Below are positions 17,874 through 28,061 of a stretch of 64,000 nucleotides of DNA, in pieces. Origin of the DNA: Bdellovibrionales bacterium (GTDB lineage: Bacteria > Bdellovibrionota > Bdellovibrionia > Bdellovibrionales > UBA1609); NCBI GenBank assembly GCA_022450595.1, contig JAKUPT010000003.1:18339-82338 (forward strand). Reading direction: 5' to 3'. The notes below the pieces were generated by a model, which did no database searches, was not told the origin of the DNA, and saw nothing but the letters and a program-made list of their open reading frames with translations. Positions within the stretch are counted from its first letter, which is position 1, and every line of letters starts with the position of its first letter. Both the position numbers and the translations under genes were made by a program.

Positions 17874-18866
17874 TTAGTTCATTAAGTCGCTTGCTGATTT
17901 ACCCATTTTAGAAAGAATGTCTCGGACCCCATCGTAAACAGAGTCAGTAGCTTCTACTAAATTTGTCACACCATATAGTTCATGAAAAAGTTTTTTGCCT
18001 TCTTCAGTATTAACAAATTTAATTAAAGCTTGTTGGACATCTTTTTTTACTTTTTCAGGTAAGTCTTTACGAAAGACAATAGGATCATTTGGAATGGCAT
18101 CTGTCAGAGCAATAATCTTAATTTTTTCTTCAACATCAGGAAACTGAGTTTTCACCAAGCGTCTGGCATCCTGAACCTTGCCTTCTTCTGGCGGAGAATA
18201 AAAAGTCGCCCCAGCATCCACTTGCTTTTGATAGACCATGGTCACTACGTTGTCGTGACGGAGCGCAAACATATGCTCTTTGGGCTCGATCTCTTTATCT
18301 TTAAGCATTTTGGCTGGGAGTAAATATCCTGAAGTGCTTGATGGGTCTACATAGGCAAACTTTTTGCCCTCAATATCTTTAAGCTCTTTAATGTCTGAGT
18401 CTGCTCGAGCAATAATTTGACCTTTGTAATCTTTGTGACCAAATCGCTCAACAGTAAGAAGAGCCTCGGCTCCATACTTTTGGTAGGCTAAAATGTAGCC
18501 AAAGGTATTTAAGGAGGCGATGTCGACTCGTTTTGTTCCAAAGGCTTCAACAACCGCAATGTAACTTGTTGGAACCTGAATTTTGAATTCATATTCAGTG
18601 TTTTTTTCCAAGTACTCTTCAACTTCTTTAGCCTTTTCCGTCAATACTCTTGCATCGACCGACGGAACAAAAAAGAATTTAATAGGATTATCTTTACTAC
18701 CAATTTCTGCTTTTTCGCGCGTACAACCTGCTACCGCAAGACATAAACTAAGTACACACCCCAAGTACCGTAACAAAACAGCCTCCCATTTTGAAAAGTT
18801 AGCTACGGAGATATCATTAATCTTGCGGTGTTTCAAATTTAAATCGAAAAAACTCGAATGGGACAA
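17874..18866 (-). CDS. phnD: Phosphonate/phosphite ABC transporter substrate-binding lipoprotein (PhnD-like)
   Basis: Lipobox LAVAGC and PhnD-like blocks (FVPS...; YVDPSSTSGYLLP). The real start may lie downstream of the annotated Met. Confidence 0.8.
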   Translation of the reverse strand: MSHSSFFDLNLKHRKINDISVANFSKWEAVLLRYLGCVLSLCLAVAGCTREKAEIGSKDNPIKFFFVPSVDARVLTEKAKEVEEYLEKNTEYEFKIQVPTSYIAVVEAFGTKRVDIASLNTFGYILAYQKYGAEALLTVERFGHKDYKGQIIARADSDIKELKDIEGKKFAYVDPSSTSGYLLPAKMLKDKEIEPKEHMFALRHDNVVTMVYQKQVDAGATFYSPPEEGKVQDARRLVKTQFPDVEEKIKIIALTDAIPNDPIVFRKDLPEKVKKDVQQALIKFVNTEEGKKLFHELYGVTNLVEATDSVYDGVRDILSKMGKSASDLMN

Positions 18867-18934
18867 CAGCTATGACGCGGGTTTTTAAACACTACTGCAT
18901 TGCCTCATTTCTGCCTTGTTGATACCTTTTATAT

Positions 18935-19660
18935 ATGTCAGTGTTAAACACCATTTTATCTCATGCTGAAAAATATAAAGAAAAAGGCCAATTGGTGGCC
19001 ATTTTTGATCTGGACTCTACGGTATTTAATGTCAGCCCCAGAACTCAAAAAATATTACAAGATTTTGCACAAAGTAAAAGCTATAAGTCTAAGTTCCCGA
19101 AAACACTACTTGAAAATCTCTCTCAAGTACAAGTTCGCACTCAAGATTGGGGCATTAAAGAGGCCCTGATTCGAAGTAAAATTGAAGCTCCGTTGGAGTT
19201 TTTTGAAAGCCTTCGAGATTATTGGTTTGAGCATTTTTTTAGCAATTCCTACTTGTTTCACGATGAGCCCTACCCTGGCGCAATTGAGTTTATTAAAACT
19301 CTGCACAAAAAAGGCGCGCGAATTGTCTACTTAACAGGCAGAGACAAGCATCGCATGGGCGAAGGTACTCATAATGTTTTAAAGCACTGGGGTCTTCCTT
19401 TAGACACCTATAATAAGCTTATTTTAAAGCCTAAAAAGGGAATGAGTGATTCTCTGTATAAGCTGGATATGATTGATCAGCTGTCGAAAGAACATCCCGA
19501 AACATGGGCCTTTGAAAACGAGCCTGTAAATATTAATCTTATTGCCAAAGAGCTCAAACAGGTCAATGTGGTCTTTTTTGAAAGCACCCACTCAAGACGT
19601 GAAGAGCTCATGCATGAAATGCCGATTCTTAAAGCCGAATTTCCGTTTTTAGCGGATTAA
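18935..19660 (+). CDS. HAD-superfamily hydrolase
   Basis: Motif I is FDLDSTVF (DxDxT), with a later YLTGR block. Confidence 0.7.
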   Translation: MSVLNTILSHAEKYKEKGQLVAIFDLDSTVFNVSPRTQKILQDFAQSKSYKSKFPKTLLENLSQVQVRTQDWGIKEALIRSKIEAPLEFFESLRDYWFEHFFSNSYLFHDEPYPGAIEFIKTLHKKGARIVYLTGRDKHRMGEGTHNVLKHWGLPLDTYNKLILKPKKGMSDSLYKLDMIDQLSKEHPETWAFENEPVNINLIAKELKQVNVVFFESTHSRREELMHEMPILKAEFPFLAD

Positions 19661-20200
19661 ATCTAGTTTTGCTCGAACTAAGTTTAAGCCAGCAGCCATT
19701 AAACTGTGCTTAATTTCACCTTTTTCAAGGGCTTTAAAAACTAAGTCGATATCCCAAAGCTCCACTTCAAGATCCTCGAAAGGATCTAAATTTAGCTCAC
19801 TGGATTTTTTACAGCTATGTGCCAAAAAAATATGATTTTTATTACTTTGAAGAGCTGGGTTTGGATAAAAATGCCCTAGATACTCAACGTTTTCACTGGT
19901 GTAGCCGGTCTCTTCTTCTAACTCTCTTAAAGCAGCCACTTGTATCGACTCCTCAGCCCCAGGTTCAACGCTCCCCCCTGGAAGCTCCAAAAAGAATTCG
20001 CCAGCGGCATGTCTATATTGCTTTACCATAACAAGTTTGTTGTCAGTAGTTATTGCAGCCGTTTGAACCCAGTCTGGAAAGTCCACAACATAGTATTTTG
20101 GCATAATTCTTTGATCGGGCAATTCACATCGATCCGCCCTTAATTTCATAAAAGGGGTTTTAAATAAAACTTCTGAATCTAAAACTTTCCAGTGGCTCAT
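19649..20200 (-). CDS. NUDIX hydrolase (ADP-ribose pyrophosphatase-like)
   Basis: Nudix box GGSVEPGAEESIQVAALRELEEETG. Confidence 0.88.
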   Translation of the reverse strand: MSHWKVLDSEVLFKTPFMKLRADRCELPDQRIMPKYYVVDFPDWVQTAAITTDNKLVMVKQYRHAAGEFFLELPGGSVEPGAEESIQVAALRELEEETGYTSENVEYLGHFYPNPALQSNKNHIFLAHSCKKSSELNLDPFEDLEVELWDIDLVFKALEKGEIKHSLMAAGLNLVRAKLDLIR

Positions 20201-20868
20201 TTTTTTCCTTTTTTGGGAAGTAACATTAAAACAAACTCAGCTTTTTTTACTTTAACTTGGTTTATAAGTTTTTTGGGTGTTCCAAATAAAAATTTCTCTT
20301 CAGGCATCGTCAATGACAACCCTAACACACAGGTTGTTGATGGAGTAATGTTCTCCAATTCACTGAGCAATTTTTCAAGACGATAAGGAGTGTCCATAAT
20401 CACAGTTGGAACTTTTATATTTTTTAACTGCTGAAGAGTGCTTTTTCTTAAATCTGGTTTACCTGGAATAAAACCAAAGAAATAAAATTGATCCACTTTT
20501 AAACCACAACCAGATAAGAAAACCATCAAACTAGATGCACCAGGTATGGTTTTCACCTCAATATTTTGTTTTCTACAAGCTTTTACTAAATCAGCGCCTG
20601 GGTCACAAAATGCAGGAGTCCCACAATCAGAAACAAGGGCTACATTTAACTGTTTGCATTGTGACAGTAAAAATTCTAAATCTTCTCTATCACTGTGCTC
20701 ATTTAATAGTTCAATTTTTTTTTGCCCAATTTTATGAGTCTTTAAAATTAAAGCTGTTATTTTTCTCTCTTCACCAATAATTAGGTCCGCCTGCTTCATA
20801 GCCTCAATGGCACGAAGTGAAATATCAAGTGGATTCCCGATGGGGGTAGCTACAACAGATAAAGCCAT
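20197..20868 (-). CDS. rsmI: 16S rRNA (cytidine1402-2'-O)-methyltransferase RsmI-like (tetrapyrrole methylase fold)
   Basis: The N-terminal segment VVATPIGNPLDISLRAIEAMKQADLIIGE matches the RsmI hallmark. Confidence 0.8.
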   Translation of the reverse strand: MALSVVATPIGNPLDISLRAIEAMKQADLIIGEERKITALILKTHKIGQKKIELLNEHSDREDLEFLLSQCKQLNVALVSDCGTPAFCDPGADLVKACRKQNIEVKTIPGASSLMVFLSGCGLKVDQFYFFGFIPGKPDLRKSTLQQLKNIKVPTVIMDTPYRLEKLLSELENITPSTTCVLGLSLTMPEEKFLFGTPKKLINQVKVKKAEFVLMLLPKKGKK

Positions 20869-20871
20869 AAC

Positions 20872-21840
20872 CTACTCTTCGGTGGTAGTTTGTTTTTTAT
20901 AAATTTCAGTATAAAGATATCGCTCAAACTGAGAGTTGTAGCGAGTCCAACTGCTCTCAACCTCTTCCTGTAAAAGCCCTTGCATAGAGTTTACTTTACT
21001 ATCTAGGTCATCAATCATAGCAACTATTTGTGCCTCAATAAATTTTGGTCTTTTAGGTGACCCATACTCCAAACGCCCATGGTGACTTAAAATAATGTGT
21101 TTAAGTATGTCTTTAAGCTCTTGTGGAAAACCAAGTATTAAAGCCGCTTGCTCATCAACCATTTCACAGGCAATTTGCATATGTCCTACTAAGCGTCCAC
21201 GGTCTGTGTACTGAAAACCTTTTTCTATACTCAGCTCCCACAGCTTTCCAATATCGTGGTAAATAGCTCCAAATATTAACAGATCTCTTTTTACAAAGGG
21301 ATAGTGCTTAGCCATAAACTCCATGATCTTACAAATTGAAAGTGTATGCTCTAATAAGCCTCCAATATAAGCATGGTGAATGGACTTCGCCGCTGGAAAT
21401 TTTAAAAGCCGCTTTTGTACCTCTTTGGTGTTTAAAGTGTTTTGTATTAACTGCTTGATGTAGTCATCTGTGAGTGTCGCAACAATATCTTGCAGTTCTG
21501 CAAACATGACTTCTGTTGAGCTTGCAGAAGACTTAATATAGTCTTGCATATCAATACTGTCTTTCGAGATCTCTTTGATGTTATGAATAACGGCTTGTAG
21601 TTTATTTTGATAGTTTTGTATATGGCCTTTAATGAAAACAACGTCTCCCACTTCAAAGCTAGAAGAAACCGTTTCCACATTATCCCACATCATAGCATTT
21701 AAGCTTCCAGACTTGTCAGAGATTGATAAAGACAAAAAAGCTTTGCCGTTTTTATCATGATTCCTGGACAACTGACTCAACATAAATGGTGTTGAGAAAG
21801 TGTCTTTTTCTTTTAATTGATTAACAAAGACTTTGTTCAT
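20872..21840 (-). CDS. OB-fold + HD-domain 3'-5' exoribonuclease (YhaM-like)
   Basis: N-terminal OB-fold-like segment, then HD-domain motifs (HHAYIGGLLEHT, YHDIGK, LSHHG). Confidence 0.8.
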   Translation of the reverse strand: MNKVFVNQLKEKDTFSTPFMLSQLSRNHDKNGKAFLSLSISDKSGSLNAMMWDNVETVSSSFEVGDVVFIKGHIQNYQNKLQAVIHNIKEISKDSIDMQDYIKSSASSTEVMFAELQDIVATLTDDYIKQLIQNTLNTKEVQKRLLKFPAAKSIHHAYIGGLLEHTLSICKIMEFMAKHYPFVKRDLLIFGAIYHDIGKLWELSIEKGFQYTDRGRLVGHMQIACEMVDEQAALILGFPQELKDILKHIILSHHGRLEYGSPKRPKFIEAQIVAMIDDLDSKVNSMQGLLQEEVESSWTRYNSQFERYLYTEIYKKQTTTEE

Positions 21841-21849
21841 AATTCACCT

Positions 21850-22560
21850 TTAAAACTTCAGCAGATCACATTGTAAATCAGCATAGCGTGAATCGTAAAC
21901 ACCTAAACTACCTAAATATAAGTTTTCTGCCTGTGTATAAGCAAAAATAAAGGCTCCCCCAGCTACAGATATGTATTTTTGGTCTGCAAAAGGTAAAACC
22001 ATCCCCTTATTTGCAATAATTTGTTTAAAATAAGATGTAATATCAACATACTTATTACAACCCATTCCATACTCTTTATAATCTACATTTCTTTTTTTCT
22101 GATTACTCACAAAAAATACTTTAAAGTGTTTTGAAGAAATAATCTTTTCATCTGTGTCTTTTAATGAAAGCTCAATTTTTAACCGAAACCAAAGCTTTTC
22201 AATTTGTGGAAGAACTTGCTTTAAATCCACAACCCCTCCCCCCCTGGGCATAACAAGCCTGGTTGAAGATATCAGCTGCCCTTGAACATCATCAAAAAGA
22301 TAGGCCTTTACTTCTAAAAACTTGCGCTTTAATTGCTTTACAACTTCTTGCTTAGTGGACGCTTCTGTTCTAACGGGGTCATAACTGAGCATTTGCTGGT
22401 AATACAGATCATGAATTTCATTCATTAGTGATTTGGGAATCTTAATTCCTTTTTCTGAATCAATAATTTTTCCATCAATAAATTTATCTTGGGATTTGTT
22501 CTCACTAGCGAATGCCAGATTCAACTGTAAAATCAAAATTGTGAGAAATATTTTTAGCAT
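21850..22560 (-). CDS. Secreted hypothetical protein
   Basis: Signal peptide and 236 aa. Its start lies 2 nt downstream of the upstream gene's stop. Confidence 0.65.
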   Translation of the reverse strand: MLKIFLTILILQLNLAFASENKSQDKFIDGKIIDSEKGIKIPKSLMNEIHDLYYQQMLSYDPVRTEASTKQEVVKQLKRKFLEVKAYLFDDVQGQLISSTRLVMPRGGGVVDLKQVLPQIEKLWFRLKIELSLKDTDEKIISSKHFKVFFVSNQKKRNVDYKEYGMGCNKYVDITSYFKQIIANKGMVLPFADQKYISVAGGAFIFAYTQAENLYLGSLGVYDSRYADLQCDLLKF

Positions 22561-22561
22561 A

Positions 22562-24328
22562 TTAATTCATCTTTTTTTTAAGTTTTAACAACGGCTTGTA
22601 CTGTGATGAAATTTTATTGGCTTTATTATAATACTCTTTGGCAGAGACTTTTTCATTTTTATAAAATAAGACCTCGGCCATACCCGCTAAGGCACCAAGG
22701 TTGTTGGCATTAATATCTAAGGCCTTTTGAAATTGTTCTACCGCACAATCATAGTCTTTTGACTCAAGACAAAACCGCCCTTGCATTATATGAGGTATAA
22801 TATATTGCCTCTCGCTATTCTGCCTTAAGGCTGCTGACAAAGTTGTTGAGGCGTCTAGGTTCATTTTTAGCTCTTTTAAGATTTTTGAATAATAAGATAA
22901 AATCGCAGGATGAGTTGGATTCTGGTTTACTGCATTTTCAGCTAAAGCTTTTGCTTTATTTAACTGCGAGTTTTTATAGTGACATATAGATTCAAAGGTT
23001 TTTACCTCTTCTGTATCATCAACCTGGCTTACTATGGCTTGACACCAAAACTCTAGAGAGGACCAGCTCAAAAATCTTTGGTCGATAAAAATATTTTGTC
23101 TATGATCTTCTGTCATATCAAGATCCATATCTATAGCTTTTTTAATACTCTCTGTGGCCTTTGAAAATTTATAGCCCAATGAATGTATATATGCTTCAAC
23201 AACCTGAGCCTCTAATGAGTAGTTAATTTGTGAATCAGAGCTATAATCAACGTGCTGTAAAGCACTTTCAAGCAATTCTGGAGTTTTATCATCCGACCAC
23301 TTTTTGGCATAAGATCTAGCTAATAAAAGCGATGCAATAGGGTTATTAGACTCTATTGATAGGGCTCTTTTAAAATCAGCAATGGCAGCATCAATGTTAT
23401 TTTCTTGAAATTTTGAAACACCCAAATTTATTACAGCCGGCAAGTAGCTGCTGTCCATGCTTAATGCTTTATTAAATTCTTCGCGTGCTTTTCTTGTGTC
23501 ATTTTCAATTAAGTAAGATAATCCAATTCCCGTATGAGCTAGTTTTTGATGCTCTAGATTATTAGTAATAACTTTTTGCAAAATGCTTCTACCAGCAAAA
23601 GTCTGTCTTTCTACCTGAATTAATAAAGCTCCATAATAAATATAAATGTCTTTATTTTCTGGATTAGATTCATAAGCCTTTTTAAAATATGTTAGTGCCT
23701 GTTCATAATCCCCAACATCAAAAGCCGCTAAGCCTTTTTCAATGGCAGCCTTTCCAGCTTGGCTTTTAACAATTGGTGATTTTAAAAAAGTTTTATATGA
23801 ATAAAAGCCAATAAAACTAACTAACAATATGGCCACCGCCCCCCACATAATAAAACTGGTGCGTTTCCCCTCACCTTGAACTTCAGAACTGTATTCTGAG
23901 GCAAAGCGTGGAGCTTTGTTGGCCTTTGATGAATTTGTTTTAGCGCTTTTTTCTTCAACAATATCGTTATAAACGATTTCTTGATTATTGTTTTGAACAT
24001 TTATCTCTTCAGTCAAATCAGAGTTAAAGTCTTGATCAATGTTTTCCGTCACACTCAATGTCATAGAGTCATCTATGGCATTAGTAGTTGTTGAGGTGTC
24101 GGTGTCTGTAGAGCTATCCAAAGATTGAATGCGAACTTCCTCTACAATTTTAGCAAACTGAGCAAGCTCATTAATGGGACGCCAGATTTTAAATGGTCTG
24201 CAGGCTTCATCCAACACCATGATCTCGCGCTCTCTTAAAAGCTCTTCTACTTTTTTTTGTGTAAATGGTCCTAAAATATGCCCATTGCTACGAATAAGCC
24301 ATATTTCATCATTACGCTGAGATCCCAA
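22562..24328 (-). CDS. GYF_2-like N-domain / acidic linker / one TM / periplasmic TPR-repeat protein
   Basis: N-terminal IWLIRSNGHILGPFTQKKVEELL...WRPINEL (GYF_2-like), TM helix FIMWGAVAILLVSFIGFY, then multiple TPR-like repeats. Confidence 0.8.
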   Translation of the reverse strand: MGSQRNDEIWLIRSNGHILGPFTQKKVEELLREREIMVLDEACRPFKIWRPINELAQFAKIVEEVRIQSLDSSTDTDTSTTTNAIDDSMTLSVTENIDQDFNSDLTEEINVQNNNQEIVYNDIVEEKSAKTNSSKANKAPRFASEYSSEVQGEGKRTSFIMWGAVAILLVSFIGFYSYKTFLKSPIVKSQAGKAAIEKGLAAFDVGDYEQALTYFKKAYESNPENKDIYIYYGALLIQVERQTFAGRSILQKVITNNLEHQKLAHTGIGLSYLIENDTRKAREEFNKALSMDSSYLPAVINLGVSKFQENNIDAAIADFKRALSIESNNPIASLLLARSYAKKWSDDKTPELLESALQHVDYSSDSQINYSLEAQVVEAYIHSLGYKFSKATESIKKAIDMDLDMTEDHRQNIFIDQRFLSWSSLEFWCQAIVSQVDDTEEVKTFESICHYKNSQLNKAKALAENAVNQNPTHPAILSYYSKILKELKMNLDASTTLSAALRQNSERQYIIPHIMQGRFCLESKDYDCAVEQFQKALDINANNLGALAGMAEVLFYKNEKVSAKEYYNKANKISSQYKPLLKLKKKMN

Positions 24329-24388
24329 GCTGAAGCTCCTAAATGATTTTTAAAAAGTGTACACGGCTTATATAATAGCACTGTATGA

Positions 24389-25918
24389 CTAATGTTGAAA
24401 ATGTCTTTGGCCTGTTAAGATAAGATTAACACCAAGGTCGTTAGCCATAGAAATAACCTCTTTATCTCTAATAGAGCCCCCTGGTTGAATCACCCACTTA
24501 ATACCCGCTTCAGCTATAGGTTCTATAGAATCCGCAAAAGGAAAAAAGGCATCACTGGCAAGCACTGGACTTTGGACTTTGGGGTGGAAGTGCTTCATTC
24601 TATCGATGGCTTGAGCCACAGCATCAACACGATTTACTTGCCCCATTCCTAAGCCTAGACTTTGGCCTGATTTAACAATGGATATTGCGTTGCTTTTTAA
24701 GCTACTTACAATTCTCCAAGCTGTTAACAAATCTTGCTTTACTGCATCTGAGGGCTTATCTCCTAGAACATTCCACTGGTCATTCCAATGGTAAGGCCCT
24801 AAGTCTGCTGTTTGTTTTAAATACCCCCCAATAACAGTTCTGATCTTAGCACTATTAAGTTGAACCTGATTGATTCCTGGCCAGTTCATCACTCTAACAT
24901 TTGGTTTTTTAGAAAAAACAGCCTGAGCCTCTTTAGATATTTCAGGGGCAATAATGCATTCAACAAAAAGCTGAGAAAGCCTCTCTGCGTGTTTTTTAGA
25001 AACCGGAAAATTTAGAGCAATAATGCCACCAAAAACACTTTTAGGATCTGCACTTAAACACTTTTCAAGTGCTTGATCAGGATCAGAGTCTGAGCCCACA
25101 CCGCAAGGGTTGAGATGTTTAACAGCCACAGCTGTGGTTTGTTGCTCAAACAGTGATAGTGTTGATATAGCAGCATCTAGATCAAGAATATTATTATATG
25201 AAAGCTCTTTACCTTGAAGAATAGATGCTGAGTGTATTCCTTCTATACTTGCTCTGTCACGATACCAATTAGCTTGCTGTTGTGGGTTTTCACCATAGCG
25301 CAAGGTTTTAAAATGTTCTGCAGCTATACAAAGCTGATCTTCATTCAAGTCTGCAGTATCAAGTGTAGAAGCTATAAGAGCATCGTAGCTTGAGACATGA
25401 CGAAATACTTTAGCTGCCATTTTTTGACGAAAAGATTCATCTAGGCTTTCCAAATTTAAAACCCTGTTATAATCCCCTGGATCACAAAGAGTTGTAATAG
25501 ATTGATAGTTTTTAGCCGCTGCTCGAAGAAAGCTTGGGCCACCTATATCAATGTACTCGGTTAAGTCTTTTTCACTATTTCGCAAAGCCTGTTCAAATGG
25601 ATAAAGGTTTCCAACAATAAGATCAAAGGGCTCAAGCTCATAGCTTGCCAAAGTCGCTAAGTCTTGATCGTTATTAACCCTTGCAAGAATGGCCATATGG
25701 ATATTTGGGTGCAAGGTTTTAACTCTTCCATCCATCACTTCCTCAAAACCAGTTTGCTCACTCACATCAATAACTTTTAAACCATTTTCTTTAAGATGTT
25801 TAGCTGTGCCACCAGTTGAGACTATTCGCAGCCCCTGCTGCTGTAGAGGTTTTAAAAATTCAACCAGGCCAGTTTTATCACTGACACTCACTAATGCATT
25901 TTTAAATTTTGTATTCAT
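24389..25918 (-). CDS. purH: Bifunctional AICAR formyltransferase / IMP cyclohydrolase
   Basis: Full-length similarity to PurH (ALVSVSDKTGLVEF, STGGTAK, VKTLHP, C-terminal RHFQH). Confidence 0.95.
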   Translation of the reverse strand: MNTKFKNALVSVSDKTGLVEFLKPLQQQGLRIVSTGGTAKHLKENGLKVIDVSEQTGFEEVMDGRVKTLHPNIHMAILARVNNDQDLATLASYELEPFDLIVGNLYPFEQALRNSEKDLTEYIDIGGPSFLRAAAKNYQSITTLCDPGDYNRVLNLESLDESFRQKMAAKVFRHVSSYDALIASTLDTADLNEDQLCIAAEHFKTLRYGENPQQQANWYRDRASIEGIHSASILQGKELSYNNILDLDAAISTLSLFEQQTTAVAVKHLNPCGVGSDSDPDQALEKCLSADPKSVFGGIIALNFPVSKKHAERLSQLFVECIIAPEISKEAQAVFSKKPNVRVMNWPGINQVQLNSAKIRTVIGGYLKQTADLGPYHWNDQWNVLGDKPSDAVKQDLLTAWRIVSSLKSNAISIVKSGQSLGLGMGQVNRVDAVAQAIDRMKHFHPKVQSPVLASDAFFPFADSIEPIAEAGIKWVIQPGGSIRDKEVISMANDLGVNLILTGQRHFQH

Positions 25919-27297
25919 TAAAAAGAAACCTTTGAAGCAAAAAGTTTTAAATCATCGTTAGTGATAAAAATACCCGCTCCCACAAAAGAGCTGACCATAT
26001 CGGAATTCACTAAATTATCGCCACCACCAACAACATAAAAGCCTTTATAAAACTCATACTTCACATAGGATTTTACATTCAAATCATCAAAGCCAAAAAA
26101 CTCTACTGCAAGGTTTAATCGATTACCGAGCATATTATAGTACAAACCCGCACCACCAGTACTTTCCATCAAGCCGGCTTTTACTGTAAAATTATAAAAG
26201 TTTTTTGCAAACAGAGCTGAAATTTTAATTTCATTTTTAAATGTTTTCACCTCGTCGGTCTCTGTGGTGGAGCCGCCAGTAGTGATTTTAGTATTAGTGA
26301 CCGAAGTTACTCCCCTTGGATCATCTACAATGGAGATTTCATAAAAACGATCAAGCCCTGGTTGAATTTTAACTCCCAAATAAGATTTTGTTAACCCCGG
26401 TCCTGACAAATACTCAGAATGAAAATCAAAGCTGGTTTCTAGTTTTTCTGCACCACCTAAAAATTCATTCACATTATCAATGGCCAAATTAACTTTATCT
26501 AGGGTTTCGTCTTCATTAATTAAACGACCAATAGTACCTTGACCATTATTAATTTTATAGGTGGCTTCTTCAATATTTCTTAAACTGCTATCTATTCGGT
26601 TTAAGCTACTGACCGCATCTCCCCAGGCAGATTTAAAACCCTGTCTGGATTCGTCGTTTATTAACTCATCTAAAGTTTGAGTAACTGCAGCCACACGATC
26701 AACAATGTCGTTAACTTTGGCTTTGTTACCATTAGTTACATCAGCTAAATCACTTGTTACCGTTTCTAAATTTTTAACAATGCGTCCAATCACGGAATTA
26801 TCATCACCATTGCCTTCAACAGCTTTTTGCAATGTTTCAGCAAGACTTGATAATGAGTTAGCTACACCGCTGATTTGCTCAACCACTTTATCTAAAGAGC
26901 CTGTGGAGGCCACATTAGTGATTTCACTTCCATCGGGAAGTTCAGCGTCAGTGTATTCTCCTTGGTTAAGCTCAATGTGCTTATCACCTAAAATTCCATC
27001 AGTGCGAACTTCAACTTCTGAACTTTTTGTTAGTTTTACTTTTTCACCATTAACGAAAATTGTTAAATGTGCTTTACCATCTATAAGCTCAATGCTTTCA
27101 ATATGACCCACTCGAATACCGGCCATCTTCACAGCTGACTTAGGAATCAACCCACTCGCATCATCAAGTGTGAAGGTGTACTCCTTGGTAGAGTCAAATA
27201 GACCCGGACCATCTTGAACTTTTAAAGTCAGCCCACCAATCACTGTGGTTAGCAGCACAACAAGCAGCCCAACTTTAAATTCCGGTGTATTAATCAT
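25918..27297 (-). CDS. MCE/MlaD-family periplasmic lipid-transport protein (extended C-terminus)
   Basis: N-terminal TM anchor, an MCE domain (VKMAGIRVGHIESIEL), and operon context with MlaF/MlaE-like genes. Confidence 0.85.
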   Translation of the reverse strand: MINTPEFKVGLLVVLLTTVIGGLTLKVQDGPGLFDSTKEYTFTLDDASGLIPKSAVKMAGIRVGHIESIELIDGKAHLTIFVNGEKVKLTKSSEVEVRTDGILGDKHIELNQGEYTDAELPDGSEITNVASTGSLDKVVEQISGVANSLSSLAETLQKAVEGNGDDNSVIGRIVKNLETVTSDLADVTNGNKAKVNDIVDRVAAVTQTLDELINDESRQGFKSAWGDAVSSLNRIDSSLRNIEEATYKINNGQGTIGRLINEDETLDKVNLAIDNVNEFLGGAEKLETSFDFHSEYLSGPGLTKSYLGVKIQPGLDRFYEISIVDDPRGVTSVTNTKITTGGSTTETDEVKTFKNEIKISALFAKNFYNFTVKAGLMESTGGAGLYYNMLGNRLNLAVEFFGFDDLNVKSYVKYEFYKGFYVVGGGDNLVNSDMVSSFVGAGIFITNDDLKLFASKVSF

Positions 27298-28061
27298 TCT
27301 TTCCGCCTGATTCCTTTATTCACAAATCTTCTCACAAATTCATTATCGGTATTTATAAAATCCTCTGGAGTCCCTTCCATTTTCACTAAACCTTTGTCAA
27401 GCATCACTATATGATCACCCAGTCTAAAGGCTGCGTGCAAATCATGCGAGATCACCACTGAGGTTGTCCCCTTATGAGACCTATGTGTGGAGTACATTAA
27501 ATCATCCACCATCTCTGTTAAAATTGGGTCCAAACCCGTTGTTGGCTCATCATAAAGCAAAACTTCAGGGTCAAGGGCCAAAGCTCTTGCAAGCCCTACA
27601 CGTTTGCGCATTCCACCACTTAATTCCGCCGGCAGTTTATGATAATGAATTTCGTCCAGTCCAGAGATTTTAAGCTTATGACGTGCTATCTCTTCTCTTT
27701 GTTCCTTTTTTAACTCTCTTCTGTGCTCTTTTAATGGAAATGCAGCATTCTCTAGCGCTGTCATATCATCAAATAAAGCTGCGTGTTGAAACAAAACACC
27801 CATTTTAATTCTTAATTTAATAATTTCTTCATTACTCATATCGCTTAATTGACGCCCAAAAACTTTTATAGATCCCGAAGTTGGCTGATGAAGGCCTAAA
27901 ATATGTTTCATTAGCACACTTTTACCAGTTCCAGAAAAACCAATAATAACGGTAATTTTTCCCTTAGGAATTTTTAGATTCATACCTTTTAGAATAAAAG
28001 TTTTTCCACCATCAAAAGACTTTTTTAAATCTTTAATATCTATTGCAATTTCTTGACTCAT
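27294..28061 (-). CDS. mlaF: MlaF-like ABC ATP-binding protein
   Basis: Walker A GFSGTGKS, signature LSGGMRKR, Walker B LLYDEPT. Confidence 0.88.
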   Translation of the reverse strand: MSQEIAIDIKDLKKSFDGGKTFILKGMNLKIPKGKITVIIGFSGTGKSVLMKHILGLHQPTSGSIKVFGRQLSDMSNEEIIKLRIKMGVLFQHAALFDDMTALENAAFPLKEHRRELKKEQREEIARHKLKISGLDEIHYHKLPAELSGGMRKRVGLARALALDPEVLLYDEPTTGLDPILTEMVDDLMYSTHRSHKGTTSVVISHDLHAAFRLGDHIVMLDKGLVKMEGTPEDFINTDNEFVRRFVNKGIRRKE

